In this document: piece after piece, positions 15,875 through 25,018 of the stretch
Layout: every line of letters starts with the position of its first letter
How positions within the stretch are numbered: the first letter of the stretch is position 1
From: an uncultured Elusimicrobiaceae bacterium
GTDB taxonomy: Bacteria > Elusimicrobiota > Elusimicrobia > Elusimicrobiales > UBA9959
Direction: 5' to 3'
DNA length: 52,403 nt
Assembly: GCA_964534135.1 (NCBI GenBank)
Contig: CAZHQC010000001.1
Location: 1 to 52,403, forward strand
Made by a program: the position numbers and the translations under genes
The notes under the pieces: generated by a model
Database searches by the model: none
Seen by the model: the letters and a program-made list of their open reading frames with translations, nothing else
Told to the model about the DNA's origin: nothing

Positions 15875-16468
15875 ATGGCAGATTATTTTCCATTAAAAGA
15901 TAATACCAGGTTCGAATATTTATTTGAAAGTACGGAGTTTGAAGGAAACGCTAAAATTTATATTGACCTTTTCCAAGTTCATAAAAAAGCCGATTCCACA
16001 ATAGCTCATGCTAAAATGACTTTTATATTGCGGGATACTACTGTTGATAACTATACCATTACAAAAAGCAAGAAATGGCTAACAACGGCTAATGGTGTTA
16101 TTATTGGCGGTAGAAGAGAATTTCCCCTTCCGGTAAAGGTAGGAACTGCGTGGGATGAAGCTCCCGATGCCAGTGAAATTACCTCACTTTCAGAAAAAGT
16201 TTCAGTTAAAGCCGGTAAATTTGAGAAATGCATGAAAGTGGTTACTCAGTTATCTGGTGGAGATTCCGGTAAATCGGTAAGATATTATGCGCCGGGGATT
16301 GGTTATATTTTGGAAAAACATTTAGCTGAAGATAAAACCTGTAAGATTCAACTTGTTGGTGTTTCTAAGCTTTCAAAGGAATTGGTAGAGGAATACAAAA
16401 TAAAATTGGCTAAAGCTAAAGTAAAAGCCAAAAACAAAGCCATAGAAGACGCTAAAAAGAAAAAATAA
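15875..16468 (+). CDS. Hypothetical protein (197 aa) with a K-rich tail
   Basis: Clean ORF with AGGAG 7 nt upstream of the ATG. I recognise no motif. Confidence 0.7.
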   Translation: MADYFPLKDNTRFEYLFESTEFEGNAKIYIDLFQVHKKADSTIAHAKMTFILRDTTVDNYTITKSKKWLTTANGVIIGGRREFPLPVKVGTAWDEAPDASEITSLSEKVSVKAGKFEKCMKVVTQLSGGDSGKSVRYYAPGIGYILEKHLAEDKTCKIQLVGVSKLSKELVEEYKIKLAKAKVKAKNKAIEDAKKKK

Positions 16469-16539
16469 TTTTATCCCCCTAAATTCCACTTGAATTTAAT
16501 CTGAGGGAATGAGAACAGGGGACTTCGCAATATTAGTCT

Positions 16540-17952
16540 ATGCGAATGATTAAAGGATGCCTCGTGAAAACTATTAAGGAAATTTTTGATTTAGATTTGC
16601 CGCAAAAAGATATTGTGGTTCAAGGTTGGATTAAAACATTCCGCAGTTCCAAGGCGGTTTCTTTCGCGAATATTAATGATGGTTCCTCAAGAACCGGTCT
16701 GCAAATTATTTTTGATAATAATGATGCGAAATTAGCTGATTTTTTTGATAAATTAAATACCGGAGTTTCAGTAAAAATTACCGGTGATTTGGTTGAATCT
16801 CCAAATAATGCAAATCAAAAATGTGAATTACAAGCAAAAGAAATAGAAATTTTGGGCGAGTGTAATCCCGAACAATATCCTATCCAAAAAAAGAGAGCTT
16901 CGGATGAATTTTTGCGCACTGTTGCGCACTTGCGACCGAGAACAAATAAATATGCTTCCATGCTTAGAATAAGAGCGGAACTTTCATTTGCCATTCATAA
17001 CTATTTCAGAAACAAGGGCTTTTTCTATGTTCATACCCCTATAATAACGACTTCCGATTGTGAAGGCGCCGGAGAAATGTTCTCTGTGTCGGCATTTGAT
17101 ATGAATAAACTTCCTTTAACTAAAGATGGAAAGGTGGATTTTTCAAAAGATTTTTTTGGTCAGAAAACAGCTTTGACAGTTTCAGGGCAACTTGAAGGAG
17201 AAGCATTGGCTCTTGCCTTGGGTAAAATTTACACATTCGGACCGGCTTTTAGAGCTGAAAATTCAAATACTTATCGACATTGTTCAGAACTTTGGATGAT
17301 AGAGCCTGAAATGGCCTTTTGTGATTTAAAAGGGGATATGGAGCTTGCCGAGGATTTTATTAAAAGTATTACAAAACATGTTATGGAGCATTGCGCAGAT
17401 GACTTGGATTTATTCGCTAAATTTGTGGACAAGTCTCTTATGGAAACATTAAAAAATGTTGTGGAAAATAAATATGAGCATATAACTTATGATGATGCGG
17501 TTAAAGTGCTTGAAAAAGAGAATGACAAATTTGAAAATAAAGTTTCATGGGGCGTGGATCTTGGCAGTGAACATGAAAGATTTCTTGTTGAACAATATTT
17601 CAAGAAACCCGCTATACTTTATAATCGACCCAAAAATGTTGGCGCTTTTTATATGAAGCTTAATGATGATGGGAAGACCGTTAGAGGCATGGATTTATTA
17701 GTTCCCAGAATAGGTGAATTAGTGGGCGGAAGTGAAAGAGAAACCAGGATTGACGTTCTTGAGCAAAGAATGGGTGATTATAAAATTAATAAAGAGGATT
17801 TTAGCTGGTACTTGGATTTGAGAAGATTCGGTTCCGTTCCTCATGCGGGCTTTGGTTTGGGTTTTGAAAGAATGATGATGCTAATTACAGGAATCAGTAA
17901 TATAAGAGATGTAACAGCTTTCCCCAGAGTTCCGGGTTCTGCCGAGTTTTAA
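16540..17952 (+). CDS. asnS: Asparagine--tRNA ligase
   Basis: Class IIb synthetase with an N-terminal OB fold. Motifs include FRAENSNTYRHCSELWMIEPEMAF and GGSERE...GFGLGFERM, and the length fits AsnRS. GTG 16564 is an alternative start. Confidence 0.9.
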   Translation: MRMIKGCLVKTIKEIFDLDLPQKDIVVQGWIKTFRSSKAVSFANINDGSSRTGLQIIFDNNDAKLADFFDKLNTGVSVKITGDLVESPNNANQKCELQAKEIEILGECNPEQYPIQKKRASDEFLRTVAHLRPRTNKYASMLRIRAELSFAIHNYFRNKGFFYVHTPIITTSDCEGAGEMFSVSAFDMNKLPLTKDGKVDFSKDFFGQKTALTVSGQLEGEALALALGKIYTFGPAFRAENSNTYRHCSELWMIEPEMAFCDLKGDMELAEDFIKSITKHVMEHCADDLDLFAKFVDKSLMETLKNVVENKYEHITYDDAVKVLEKENDKFENKVSWGVDLGSEHERFLVEQYFKKPAILYNRPKNVGAFYMKLNDDGKTVRGMDLLVPRIGELVGGSERETRIDVLEQRMGDYKINKEDFSWYLDLRRFGSVPHAGFGLGFERMMMLITGISNIRDVTAFPRVPGSAEF

Positions 17953-18033
17953 ACAAATGATTCAATAAAAAAGTGTCCTGCTTTTTTAGTTTTTCCTTCA
18001 AATATTATCTATCCCCCTAAAATCGGAGATTAT

Positions 18034-18588
18034 ATGACGAGAGATCATGCATTAGAGTTGTTAAAGAAATATGTGAAGAGTGAAAATATGATTAAGCATT
18101 GTTTGGCCTCTGAGGCTGTAATGAAAGCTATGGCTTTTAAATTAGGCGAGGATGCTGATAAATGGTCATTAGCCGGTCTTTTGCATGATATCGATGTTGA
18201 GCTTACTGCGAATGATATCGAGCAGCATGGCCTTAAAGCGCGGGCTATACTTGAGGAAAATAATATTTCTCAAGATATAATAGAAAGTATAAAGATGCAT
18301 AATGAAGCCGCTTCTCGTGAAAAAAGAAAAGAGATATTTCATAAAGCTCTTGCCGCCTCGGAGACTATAACAGGGCTTATTACCGCAACCGCCCTTGTGT
18401 ATCCCGATAAAAAACTTCAAAGCGTGAAAATTTCATCTATTTTAAAAAGAATGAAAGACAAAAGATTTGCCGCTTCGGTAGATAGAAATATAATATTGGA
18501 GTGTGAAGATATTAAAATTCCAATAGCCGAATTTGCTCAAATTAGTTTAGATGCCATGAAAGGTATTTCCGATAATTTAGGGTTATAA
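18034..18588 (+). CDS. HD-domain metal-dependent phosphohydrolase
   Basis: Contains H...LLHDID (HD motif). The size of 184 aa is typical of small stand-alone HD hydrolases. Confidence 0.75.
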   Translation: MTRDHALELLKKYVKSENMIKHCLASEAVMKAMAFKLGEDADKWSLAGLLHDIDVELTANDIEQHGLKARAILEENNISQDIIESIKMHNEAASREKRKEIFHKALAASETITGLITATALVYPDKKLQSVKISSILKRMKDKRFAASVDRNIILECEDIKIPIAEFAQISLDAMKGISDNLGL

Positions 18589-18618
18589 AAAAAGGCGCCT
18601 ATTATAGGCGCCTTTTTT
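18589..18618. terminator. Bidirectional intrinsic terminator between convergent genes
   Basis: AAAA-AGGCGCC-TATTATA-GGCGCCT-TTTTT, with an A-run on one side and a T-run on the other. Confidence 0.8.
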
Positions 18619-18639
18619 AATCATTAAATCTGTTTATTC

Positions 18640-19509
18640 TTATTGATAAAAATATAATTTTACAGCATGAGTATATTCATAAACAGGTTCTTCAAGTTCA
18701 ATAATTCTTGAACCGATAAACTCTTTATCGTACTCAATTAGAAATTTCTTATAGCCTTCAATTTTTGTTTTTATGGCTTCTTCGCTTTTAGCAAAGCGAG
18801 TTACAAAGCCTAATTCCTTTCCTATATAAACCATTGAAAAGGTTCTATCTTTTCTGATTATATTGATGCCCGCTTTTTCCATTATATCGTAATCAATATC
18901 ATTACCTTTCTTAAGAAGTCTAAGGCGTATTTCATGGTCGGGGTTTTCATTGTATTTTGTTTTATAAAAAAGTTTAAAGGTGGGCCTCATATACTCATGA
19001 TTAATCATAAAAGAAGCTATTGTGGGCATATTCGCTTTTTTAAGACCCATTACGAGTTCGTGTTGAAGTTTATAAATTTCTGATGAAGCTAAAGCGTCAT
19101 AATTAAGCTTATCAGCCCAGAAACCTCTTAAAACAAAATCTTCCTCCGAAGTATAGTGCTGAATACCCATAGTATCCTCAAATTCTGTTGTTGTGGGTTT
19201 TAAGCCGGCTTTATTAAGTATCGGGGTCCATTTATTAAGAAAGGCATCAAATTCTTCTTTTGTGTCGGCATGGGTATAAATTAATTTTTTGGCTGTCTGA
19301 GCCAGTAAATGAAATTCTTTTATTTCGCCTGAAACATAATCGCATTTTTCCTGAATTATTACTTCTTGCGCGGGTAAAGGTAAATCAATTTCAACTTTAT
19401 TTACTTGAATGCTTTTTATATCATTGAGACCGATAGTATTAAAGTTTGTTTCTTCAGCATTAACATAAGAGAAAAGCAGTGGAGTAATCACTAATATTAA
19501 AATTTTCAT
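18640..19509 (-). CDS. Secreted hypothetical protein (289 aa)
   Basis: Signal-peptide-like N-terminus MKILILVITPLLFSYVNAEE. No recognisable motif. Confidence 0.7.
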   Translation of the reverse strand: MKILILVITPLLFSYVNAEETNFNTIGLNDIKSIQVNKVEIDLPLPAQEVIIQEKCDYVSGEIKEFHLLAQTAKKLIYTHADTKEEFDAFLNKWTPILNKAGLKPTTTEFEDTMGIQHYTSEEDFVLRGFWADKLNYDALASSEIYKLQHELVMGLKKANMPTIASFMINHEYMRPTFKLFYKTKYNENPDHEIRLRLLKKGNDIDYDIMEKAGINIIRKDRTFSMVYIGKELGFVTRFAKSEEAIKTKIEGYKKFLIEYDKEFIGSRIIELEEPVYEYTHAVKLYFYQ

Positions 19510-19603
19510 TCACATTCTCCAAAAACAGTATAATATTATTCCAAAATCCTACACTAATATTATACAAATTTGCGCGGGTATAGCATGGGTATTTAGGGCT
19601 TAT

Positions 19604-20335
19604 TTAAATAGGCCCATGGCTTTTCTCGGAATCTTTATTTATATATCTTTCAGGAGCTGATAAAAAGACATAAGCTTTAGCTAAGGTCATTTTAAGCCAG
19701 GGAATAAAAACTAAAGTTATCAGTAAATAGCCAATAATTGTTGAAAATGTAAAATTTGCCTGATAAATAGTTTTGTTCATTCCAAATTTAATGATATTTG
19801 GCGTTAGTAAATAAACACTTATGGTAAGCGCGAAAATAGAAAAAATTTTAGCGCGGTAATTTAAAGTTATTCTGGCGCTATATTTGAAGGAGTCCCTTAT
19901 ATTCATTTTTTTATCTATTACTGCATAAGTGCTAAAACCGTATATAATCGCTATGATTATTCCGGGTATGATAAGTAAAAAAGTTCCGCCCATAACCATT
20001 AAGCCATAGATTATGGAGACTAAAATAGCATTTTGATATATTTCAAAGCCCTTAAAAATATCACTTAAATTAGCTTTTTGGCTGCGAGCTAACTTTATAA
20101 AATAAAGGTTTAAGCCAATTTCAAGAGGAAGGGCTATTAAAAGCATATAGGGATATGCCACCCATTGTTTTTGAGAAAATTTCCAGATTAGAAGAGGCAT
20201 ACCGAAAGTAAGTGTTTTAAAAATTAGAATTACGGGAACTATTTCATAGAAATAATCTAAATAAGTATTCCATCCTTCGATAAACCATTTTTGCGGTAAA
20301 TTATCTTTCTGCACAATGCATCCTTGCTGTTTCAT
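19604..20335 (-). CDS. Multi-pass integral membrane protein (hypothetical)
   Basis: Several long hydrophobic segments. The ORF overlaps the lipA stop by 35 nt, so the true start may be internal. Confidence 0.65.
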   Translation of the reverse strand: MKQQGCIVQKDNLPQKWFIEGWNTYLDYFYEIVPVILIFKTLTFGMPLLIWKFSQKQWVAYPYMLLIALPLEIGLNLYFIKLARSQKANLSDIFKGFEIYQNAILVSIIYGLMVMGGTFLLIIPGIIIAIIYGFSTYAVIDKKMNIRDSFKYSARITLNYRAKIFSIFALTISVYLLTPNIIKFGMNKTIYQANFTFSTIIGYLLITLVFIPWLKMTLAKAYVFLSAPERYINKDSEKSHGPI

Positions 20336-21191
20336 ATAAGTAATTTGCTTTATATGAGCTTCTGACCAATGGACCTGAAAGGACGGCTTTAAACCCCATC
20401 GTTTCCGCCTTTTCTTTAAGTTGATTAAATTCTTCAGGATGGAGATATCTTTTAACGGGATAATGATTTTTTGAAGGAGCTATATATTGGCCCAAGGTCA
20501 AAAGTTCGCAATTATGTTCCAATAAATCGGCGAAGGTTTTTTCCAATTCTTTTTCAGTTTCCCCTAAGCCCAGCATGAGTCCCGATTTTGTGAAAATGGA
20601 AGGTCTTAATTTTTTTGAGTTTTTTATAACTTTCAATGAACGCTTGTAATTCGAGCCCAATCTGATGCGTTCATATAAAGAAGGAACGGTTTCAATATTA
20701 TGAGCCAAGACAACAGGATTTGAATTTAACACCGTTTTCAAAGATTTGATATTTCCCTGAAAATCCGGAATAAGAGGTTCCGTTTTTATTTCCTGTGATA
20801 TTTTCTTAATTTCCAGAATCGTTTTCGCGAATTGGTCGGCGCCTCCATCACTTAAATCATCCCGGGTCGGAGATGTAAAAACCACATATTTTAAATTCCA
20901 TTTTTTTGAAAGAATGGCAATATCTTTTGTTTCGGAAGTATTTACAGGCCTTGGTTTTTCTTCTTTATTTACCGCGCAAAATTTACATTTTCTTGTGCAT
21001 CTATCACCAAGAATTAAAAAAGTGGCCGTCCCATCTGAAAAGCATTTTCCTTTATTGGGACATAAGGCTTCATCACAAACTGTATGGAGATTAAATTGTT
21101 TTATGTCTTTAATGGTATTTAATGAATTTAAATGCCGGAGATCTTTTTTGTTCTTCCGCACTTCATCTATAATCCATTGGGGAAATTTCAT
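20301..21191 (-). CDS. lipA: Lipoyl synthase
   Basis: Has the N-terminal cluster CDEALCPNKGKC and the radical-SAM CTRKCKFC motif. ATG 21191 lies just after the aspS stop, while the track start 21209 is a TTG inside aspS. Confidence 0.9.
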   Translation of the reverse strand: MKFPQWIIDEVRKNKKDLRHLNSLNTIKDIKQFNLHTVCDEALCPNKGKCFSDGTATFLILGDRCTRKCKFCAVNKEEKPRPVNTSETKDIAILSKKWNLKYVVFTSPTRDDLSDGGADQFAKTILEIKKISQEIKTEPLIPDFQGNIKSLKTVLNSNPVVLAHNIETVPSLYERIRLGSNYKRSLKVIKNSKKLRPSIFTKSGLMLGLGETEKELEKTFADLLEHNCELLTLGQYIAPSKNHYPVKRYLHPEEFNQLKEKAETMGFKAVLSGPLVRSSYKANYLYETARMHCAER

Positions 21192-21198
21192 AGGTTTA

Positions 21199-22947
21199 CT
21201 ATTTAACAATTTTAAGATGCAGTTCTTTTAATTGGGCATCATCCAGCATGGATGGAGCATCCGTTAAAGGGCATATACCAGTGGTTGTTTTTGGAAAGGC
21301 AATGACATCTCTTATGGAATCAGCATTACACATTATGCCTATTAAACGGTCAAAGCCTATACCAATGCCGCCATGAGGAGGCGCGCCGAAATCTAAGGCA
21401 TTCATAAGCATGCCAAAGCGGTTTTCAACTTCCGTCTTATCATATTTCATGAGTGAGAATATTTTGTCTTGTATTTCCCGTTTATGATTTCTTATAGAAC
21501 CGGAGCCAAGTTCCATGCCGTTTAAAACAAGGTCATATTGGTAAGATTTAATATTACCGGGATCTGTTTCAAGTTTACCTATTTCTTCCGTTAAAGGCGC
21601 GGTAAAAGGATTATGCGTTGAGTCATAGCGGTTTTCATCCGGCTTCCATTCAAGTAAAGGGAAATGTTTAACCCAGAGAAAAGCCCACTCTTTTGCCGGT
21701 TTTAATTTAAGTTTTTTTATAAGTTCAGTTCTTAAAATGCCCATATAAGGGGCTATATTTTTAGGTTTATCCGTGGCCAAAAAGAGAATATCACCATTGG
21801 ATAAATCAAAAGTTTTTTTAAGATTAGTCATCTCTTCGTCATTTAAAAATTTCAATATAGGAGATTCAAATTTATCATTCTTATATTTAAGCCAAACCAA
21901 GCCTTTGGCGCCATTTTTCTTTACCAGATCCGTTAATTTGTCTATTTCTCCTCTGGAAAATTCAGCTCCTTTTTCTCCTTTAAGCCCCCTTATAACTCCA
22001 TTGGAACTTAAAGAGTCTTTAAATACTTTAAAGGAAGAGTTTTCAAATATCGCGGAGCAATTCCGCACTTCAAGATTGAATCTTATGTCCGGTTTGTCGC
22101 TGCCGTATTTGAACATGACATCTTCATATTCAAAAGAAGGAAAAGAATTTTCTATATCCGCTCCAATATGCGCAAAGATTTCTTTCATTAAATTTTCTAC
22201 GGTTTTTATTACATCCTCTTCTTCGACAAAAGTCATTTCAATATCTATTTGGGTGTGTTCGGGCTGTCTGTCAGCGCGTAAATCTTCATCTCTAAAATTC
22301 CTGGATAATTGATAGTATCTGTCCATACCGGATATCATTAAAAGTTGTTTGAATATTTGTGGTGATTGCGGAAGAGCATAAAAGTGTCCGGGAGCGGTTC
22401 TTGATGGCACTACATAATCTCTAGCGCCTTCCGGTGTGGATTTTGTTAATATGGGTGTCTCTATTTCATTGAAATTTAAAGAGTTCAAATGATTTCTTAC
22501 AATGCTTGCTATGCGGCTTCTTAAAATCATGTTTTTTGCCATAGCCGGCATTCTTAAGTTCAAATATCTATACTTTAATTTTGTTTCTTCACTTACGCCC
22601 GCGTGTTCGCTTAATTCGAAAGGCAAGGGTTTTGAATCATTTAATATTTCTATGGTATCGGCATCCAGTTCAATTTCCCCGGTGAGCATATCTTTATTAA
22701 TTTGTCCAGCAGGTCTTGAAATCACTTTACCCGTGATTTTAAGAACATATTCACTTTTAAGCTCTTCGGCAATTTTAAAAATATTTTTTTCGGGATTTAC
22801 CACTACTTGTGTTATGCCGTAGATATCTCTTACATTGAGAAATATAACTCCGCCATGATTTCTTTTAATATTGAGCCAGCCGCAGATAGTAACGGTTTCA
22901 TTTATATTTTTTTTATTTAGTTGTCCGCAAGTATGAGTTCTTATCAT
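21199..22947 (-). CDS. aspS: Aspartate--tRNA ligase (bacterial type)
   Basis: 582 aa with an OB fold, the bacterial insertion domain, and class II motifs (FRDEDLRADRQPEHTQID, GGIGIGFDRL). Confidence 0.95.
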   Translation of the reverse strand: MIRTHTCGQLNKKNINETVTICGWLNIKRNHGGVIFLNVRDIYGITQVVVNPEKNIFKIAEELKSEYVLKITGKVISRPAGQINKDMLTGEIELDADTIEILNDSKPLPFELSEHAGVSEETKLKYRYLNLRMPAMAKNMILRSRIASIVRNHLNSLNFNEIETPILTKSTPEGARDYVVPSRTAPGHFYALPQSPQIFKQLLMISGMDRYYQLSRNFRDEDLRADRQPEHTQIDIEMTFVEEEDVIKTVENLMKEIFAHIGADIENSFPSFEYEDVMFKYGSDKPDIRFNLEVRNCSAIFENSSFKVFKDSLSSNGVIRGLKGEKGAEFSRGEIDKLTDLVKKNGAKGLVWLKYKNDKFESPILKFLNDEEMTNLKKTFDLSNGDILFLATDKPKNIAPYMGILRTELIKKLKLKPAKEWAFLWVKHFPLLEWKPDENRYDSTHNPFTAPLTEEIGKLETDPGNIKSYQYDLVLNGMELGSGSIRNHKREIQDKIFSLMKYDKTEVENRFGMLMNALDFGAPPHGGIGIGFDRLIGIMCNADSIRDVIAFPKTTTGICPLTDAPSMLDDAQLKELHLKIVK

Positions 22948-24212
22948 TGATGTTTCTCTTTGTTTAATATATTTTTTATTTTTTCCAAGAGTTCATTTAA
23001 GGGAACTTCTTGCTGTTCCTTCTTTGATTTAAGAAACTTTATTGAACAGGAGGAATTTTTTAACTCTTCTTCTCCCATAATTAAAGCCAGAGTTGCGCCC
23101 GATTTATCAGCTGAGCGCATTTGAGATCTTAAGCTTAATTCAAAATTTGAAAAATCAGTTGGAATATTTCCATTTCTTAAATCATGTAGAATTTTAAAAG
23201 ATTCATTAAAGGTGTTTTTATCTGCGCAGATGACAAATACTTTTGGATTATTGTTTTCAAGCGAAATAGAATCTTTTAAGAGAATGGCTAATCTATCAAC
23301 TCCCAAAGACCACCCTACCGAGGGAGTATCTTGTCCTCCCATGGATTTAATGAGATTGTCATATCTTCCACCTCCTGCAATGGCGTCTTGGCTTCCCAAA
23401 GCGGAGCTTTTTACTTCAAAAACCGTTCTGGTATAATAATCCAGACCTCTGACGAGGTTTTTATTTATTTTAAAATCTATTTTCGCTATGCGTAAAAGTT
23501 CTTCCACTTTTTCAAAGTGCGAAGAACAATCCAGGCAAAGCTTAAGTTTAGGCGCATCGGTAGCCAGGCGTGGCCCATCGGTTTTGCAATCCAAGGCTCT
23601 TAACGGATTTTTTTCAATTCTATTTTGACACCATTTACATAGTTGTGAGGCATTATTCTTTAAGTATTCCAAAAGCTCTTTTTTATATTTCTCGCGGCAA
23701 GCCGAGCAACCGAGTGAGTTTATTTCCGCAAAATAATCTTTTGCTCCCACTTTTTTTAGAAAGGCCATAAGTAAAATTATAGCTTCAGCATCAGCGGAAG
23801 CTGAGGAATTTCCAAGGTATTCAATGCCTATTTGCTCAAATTCTCTAAATCTTCCCGCTTGCGGTCTTTCAGCTCTAAACATACTACCAATATAAAAAAA
23901 CTTTGAGTTTTTTCCTGAAAGATTTAATTTATGTTGCACGAAAGCTCTGGCTACGCAAGGAGTCCCTTCGGGTCTGAGTGAAATATTTCTTTTACCTGCA
24001 TCGGTAAAAGAATACATTTCTTTTTCAACAATATCGGTGGTTTCGCCTGTGGATTTGATGAATAATTCCGTCATTTCTACGGTAGGAATTCTTATCTCAT
24101 TATAAGCATAAATTTTAAAGATTTCCTTTGCCGTTTTCTCTATATAAGAGAAAATATCCGTTTCCGGTGAAAGTAAGTCTCTGAAGCCTCTTAATGCGCG
24201 TAATTGATTCAT
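22944..24212 (-). CDS. hisS: Histidine--tRNA ligase
   Basis: Class IIa motifs are RGFRD, LRPEGT, FRAERPQAGRFREF and GGGRYD. It overlaps aspS by 4 nt. Confidence 0.95.
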   Translation of the reverse strand: MNQLRALRGFRDLLSPETDIFSYIEKTAKEIFKIYAYNEIRIPTVEMTELFIKSTGETTDIVEKEMYSFTDAGKRNISLRPEGTPCVARAFVQHKLNLSGKNSKFFYIGSMFRAERPQAGRFREFEQIGIEYLGNSSASADAEAIILLMAFLKKVGAKDYFAEINSLGCSACREKYKKELLEYLKNNASQLCKWCQNRIEKNPLRALDCKTDGPRLATDAPKLKLCLDCSSHFEKVEELLRIAKIDFKINKNLVRGLDYYTRTVFEVKSSALGSQDAIAGGGRYDNLIKSMGGQDTPSVGWSLGVDRLAILLKDSISLENNNPKVFVICADKNTFNESFKILHDLRNGNIPTDFSNFELSLRSQMRSADKSGATLALIMGEEELKNSSCSIKFLKSKKEQQEVPLNELLEKIKNILNKEKHQ

Positions 24213-24883
24213 GATTTTAAATATTCGATATTAGCTATTGATTTCAATTGTTTAAGATTTAAAATGGTTATCTTGGCTCGCTTATAATCAATGGCTTTAC
24301 ATTTTTTAAGGGAGCTTATAGCTCTGCAAATAGGAACTCTGGTTGTGCCTATACAGTCAGCAAGTTCATTTTGATCCATATTTACAATAAGCGGAGTTTT
24401 ATTTGTATTTGGGGCAAGTTCAATAATTTTACCGGCTAATCGTCCCAAGATATTCTTAAAAAGCATGGTTTCTATTTCTCTATCGGAATTATTTAGTCTT
24501 GTTACCAGTGTTTGAAGTAAATTCAATGTAAAATCCGGGTTTTTAGCTAGCAGTTTTTTAAAATTAAATCTGCTAATTACAAAAAGTTCGCTATCAGTTA
24601 CGGCTTGAGCCGAGGCGGAACGGGTTTTACTTCCCAATAATGACATCTCGCCAAAAAAGTCGCCTTTTTCAAGGAAAGCAAAAGTTTTTTTCTTATTTGG
24701 GCCAATGGAGGTGAATATTTTTATTTTTCCTGATTCAACTATAAAGAAATTTTTTCCGATTTCACTTTTATGAAAAATAATCTCGCCTTTGTCAAATTTT
24801 TGAATCTTAGCAATGGAAAATATTTTTTTCAAACCTTGGGTGTTTAATTTTTTAAAGAAAGTGACTTTTTTTAAATTTTTCAT
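24209..24883 (-). CDS. Crp/Fnr-family transcriptional regulator
   Basis: Has a cNMP-binding-like fold (GDFFGEMSLLGSKTRSASAQA) and a C-terminal HTH (ELADCIGTTRVPICRAISSL). It overlaps hisS by 4 nt. Confidence 0.85.
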   Translation of the reverse strand: MKNLKKVTFFKKLNTQGLKKIFSIAKIQKFDKGEIIFHKSEIGKNFFIVESGKIKIFTSIGPNKKKTFAFLEKGDFFGEMSLLGSKTRSASAQAVTDSELFVISRFNFKKLLAKNPDFTLNLLQTLVTRLNNSDREIETMLFKNILGRLAGKIIELAPNTNKTPLIVNMDQNELADCIGTTRVPICRAISSLKKCKAIDYKRAKITILNLKQLKSIANIEYLKS

Positions 24884-24924
24884 GATTAGATTTTACTCCT
24901 TATGATATTAGATAAATCATAAAA

Positions 24925-24933
24925 ATTATAGCA
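24925..24933 (-). promoter_or_regulatory. Extended -10 promoter candidate (TGcTATAAT) for the Crp/Fnr-hisS-aspS-lipA operon
   Basis: The minus strand reads TTGCTATAAT about 40 nt upstream of the regulator's ATG. AAGGAG SD lies at the proper distance from the start. Confidence 0.35.
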
Positions 24934-24945
24934 ATTTATAGAATT

Positions 24946-24994
24946 AAAAAGCCTCGCTTTTAAAAAGCCCCGCTTTTAAAAAGCGAGGCTTTTA
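24946..24994 (-). terminator. Intrinsic terminator after the protease gene
   Basis: AAAAAGCCTCGCTTTT pairs with AAAAGCGAGGCTTTT and has T-runs on both strands. A direct near-duplicate arm AAAAAGCCCCGCTTTT sits inside the loop. Confidence 0.7.
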
Positions 24995-25018
24995 ATATTT
25001 GATTCTTTCTAATGCAGT

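Noticed and set aside
15705-15893. The 62-aa minus-strand ORF across the tRNA-like element and the start of the next gene.
   Set aside because: It overlaps a structured G+C-rich non-coding element and the 5' end of a well-supported + strand gene. It has no SD and is likely spurious.
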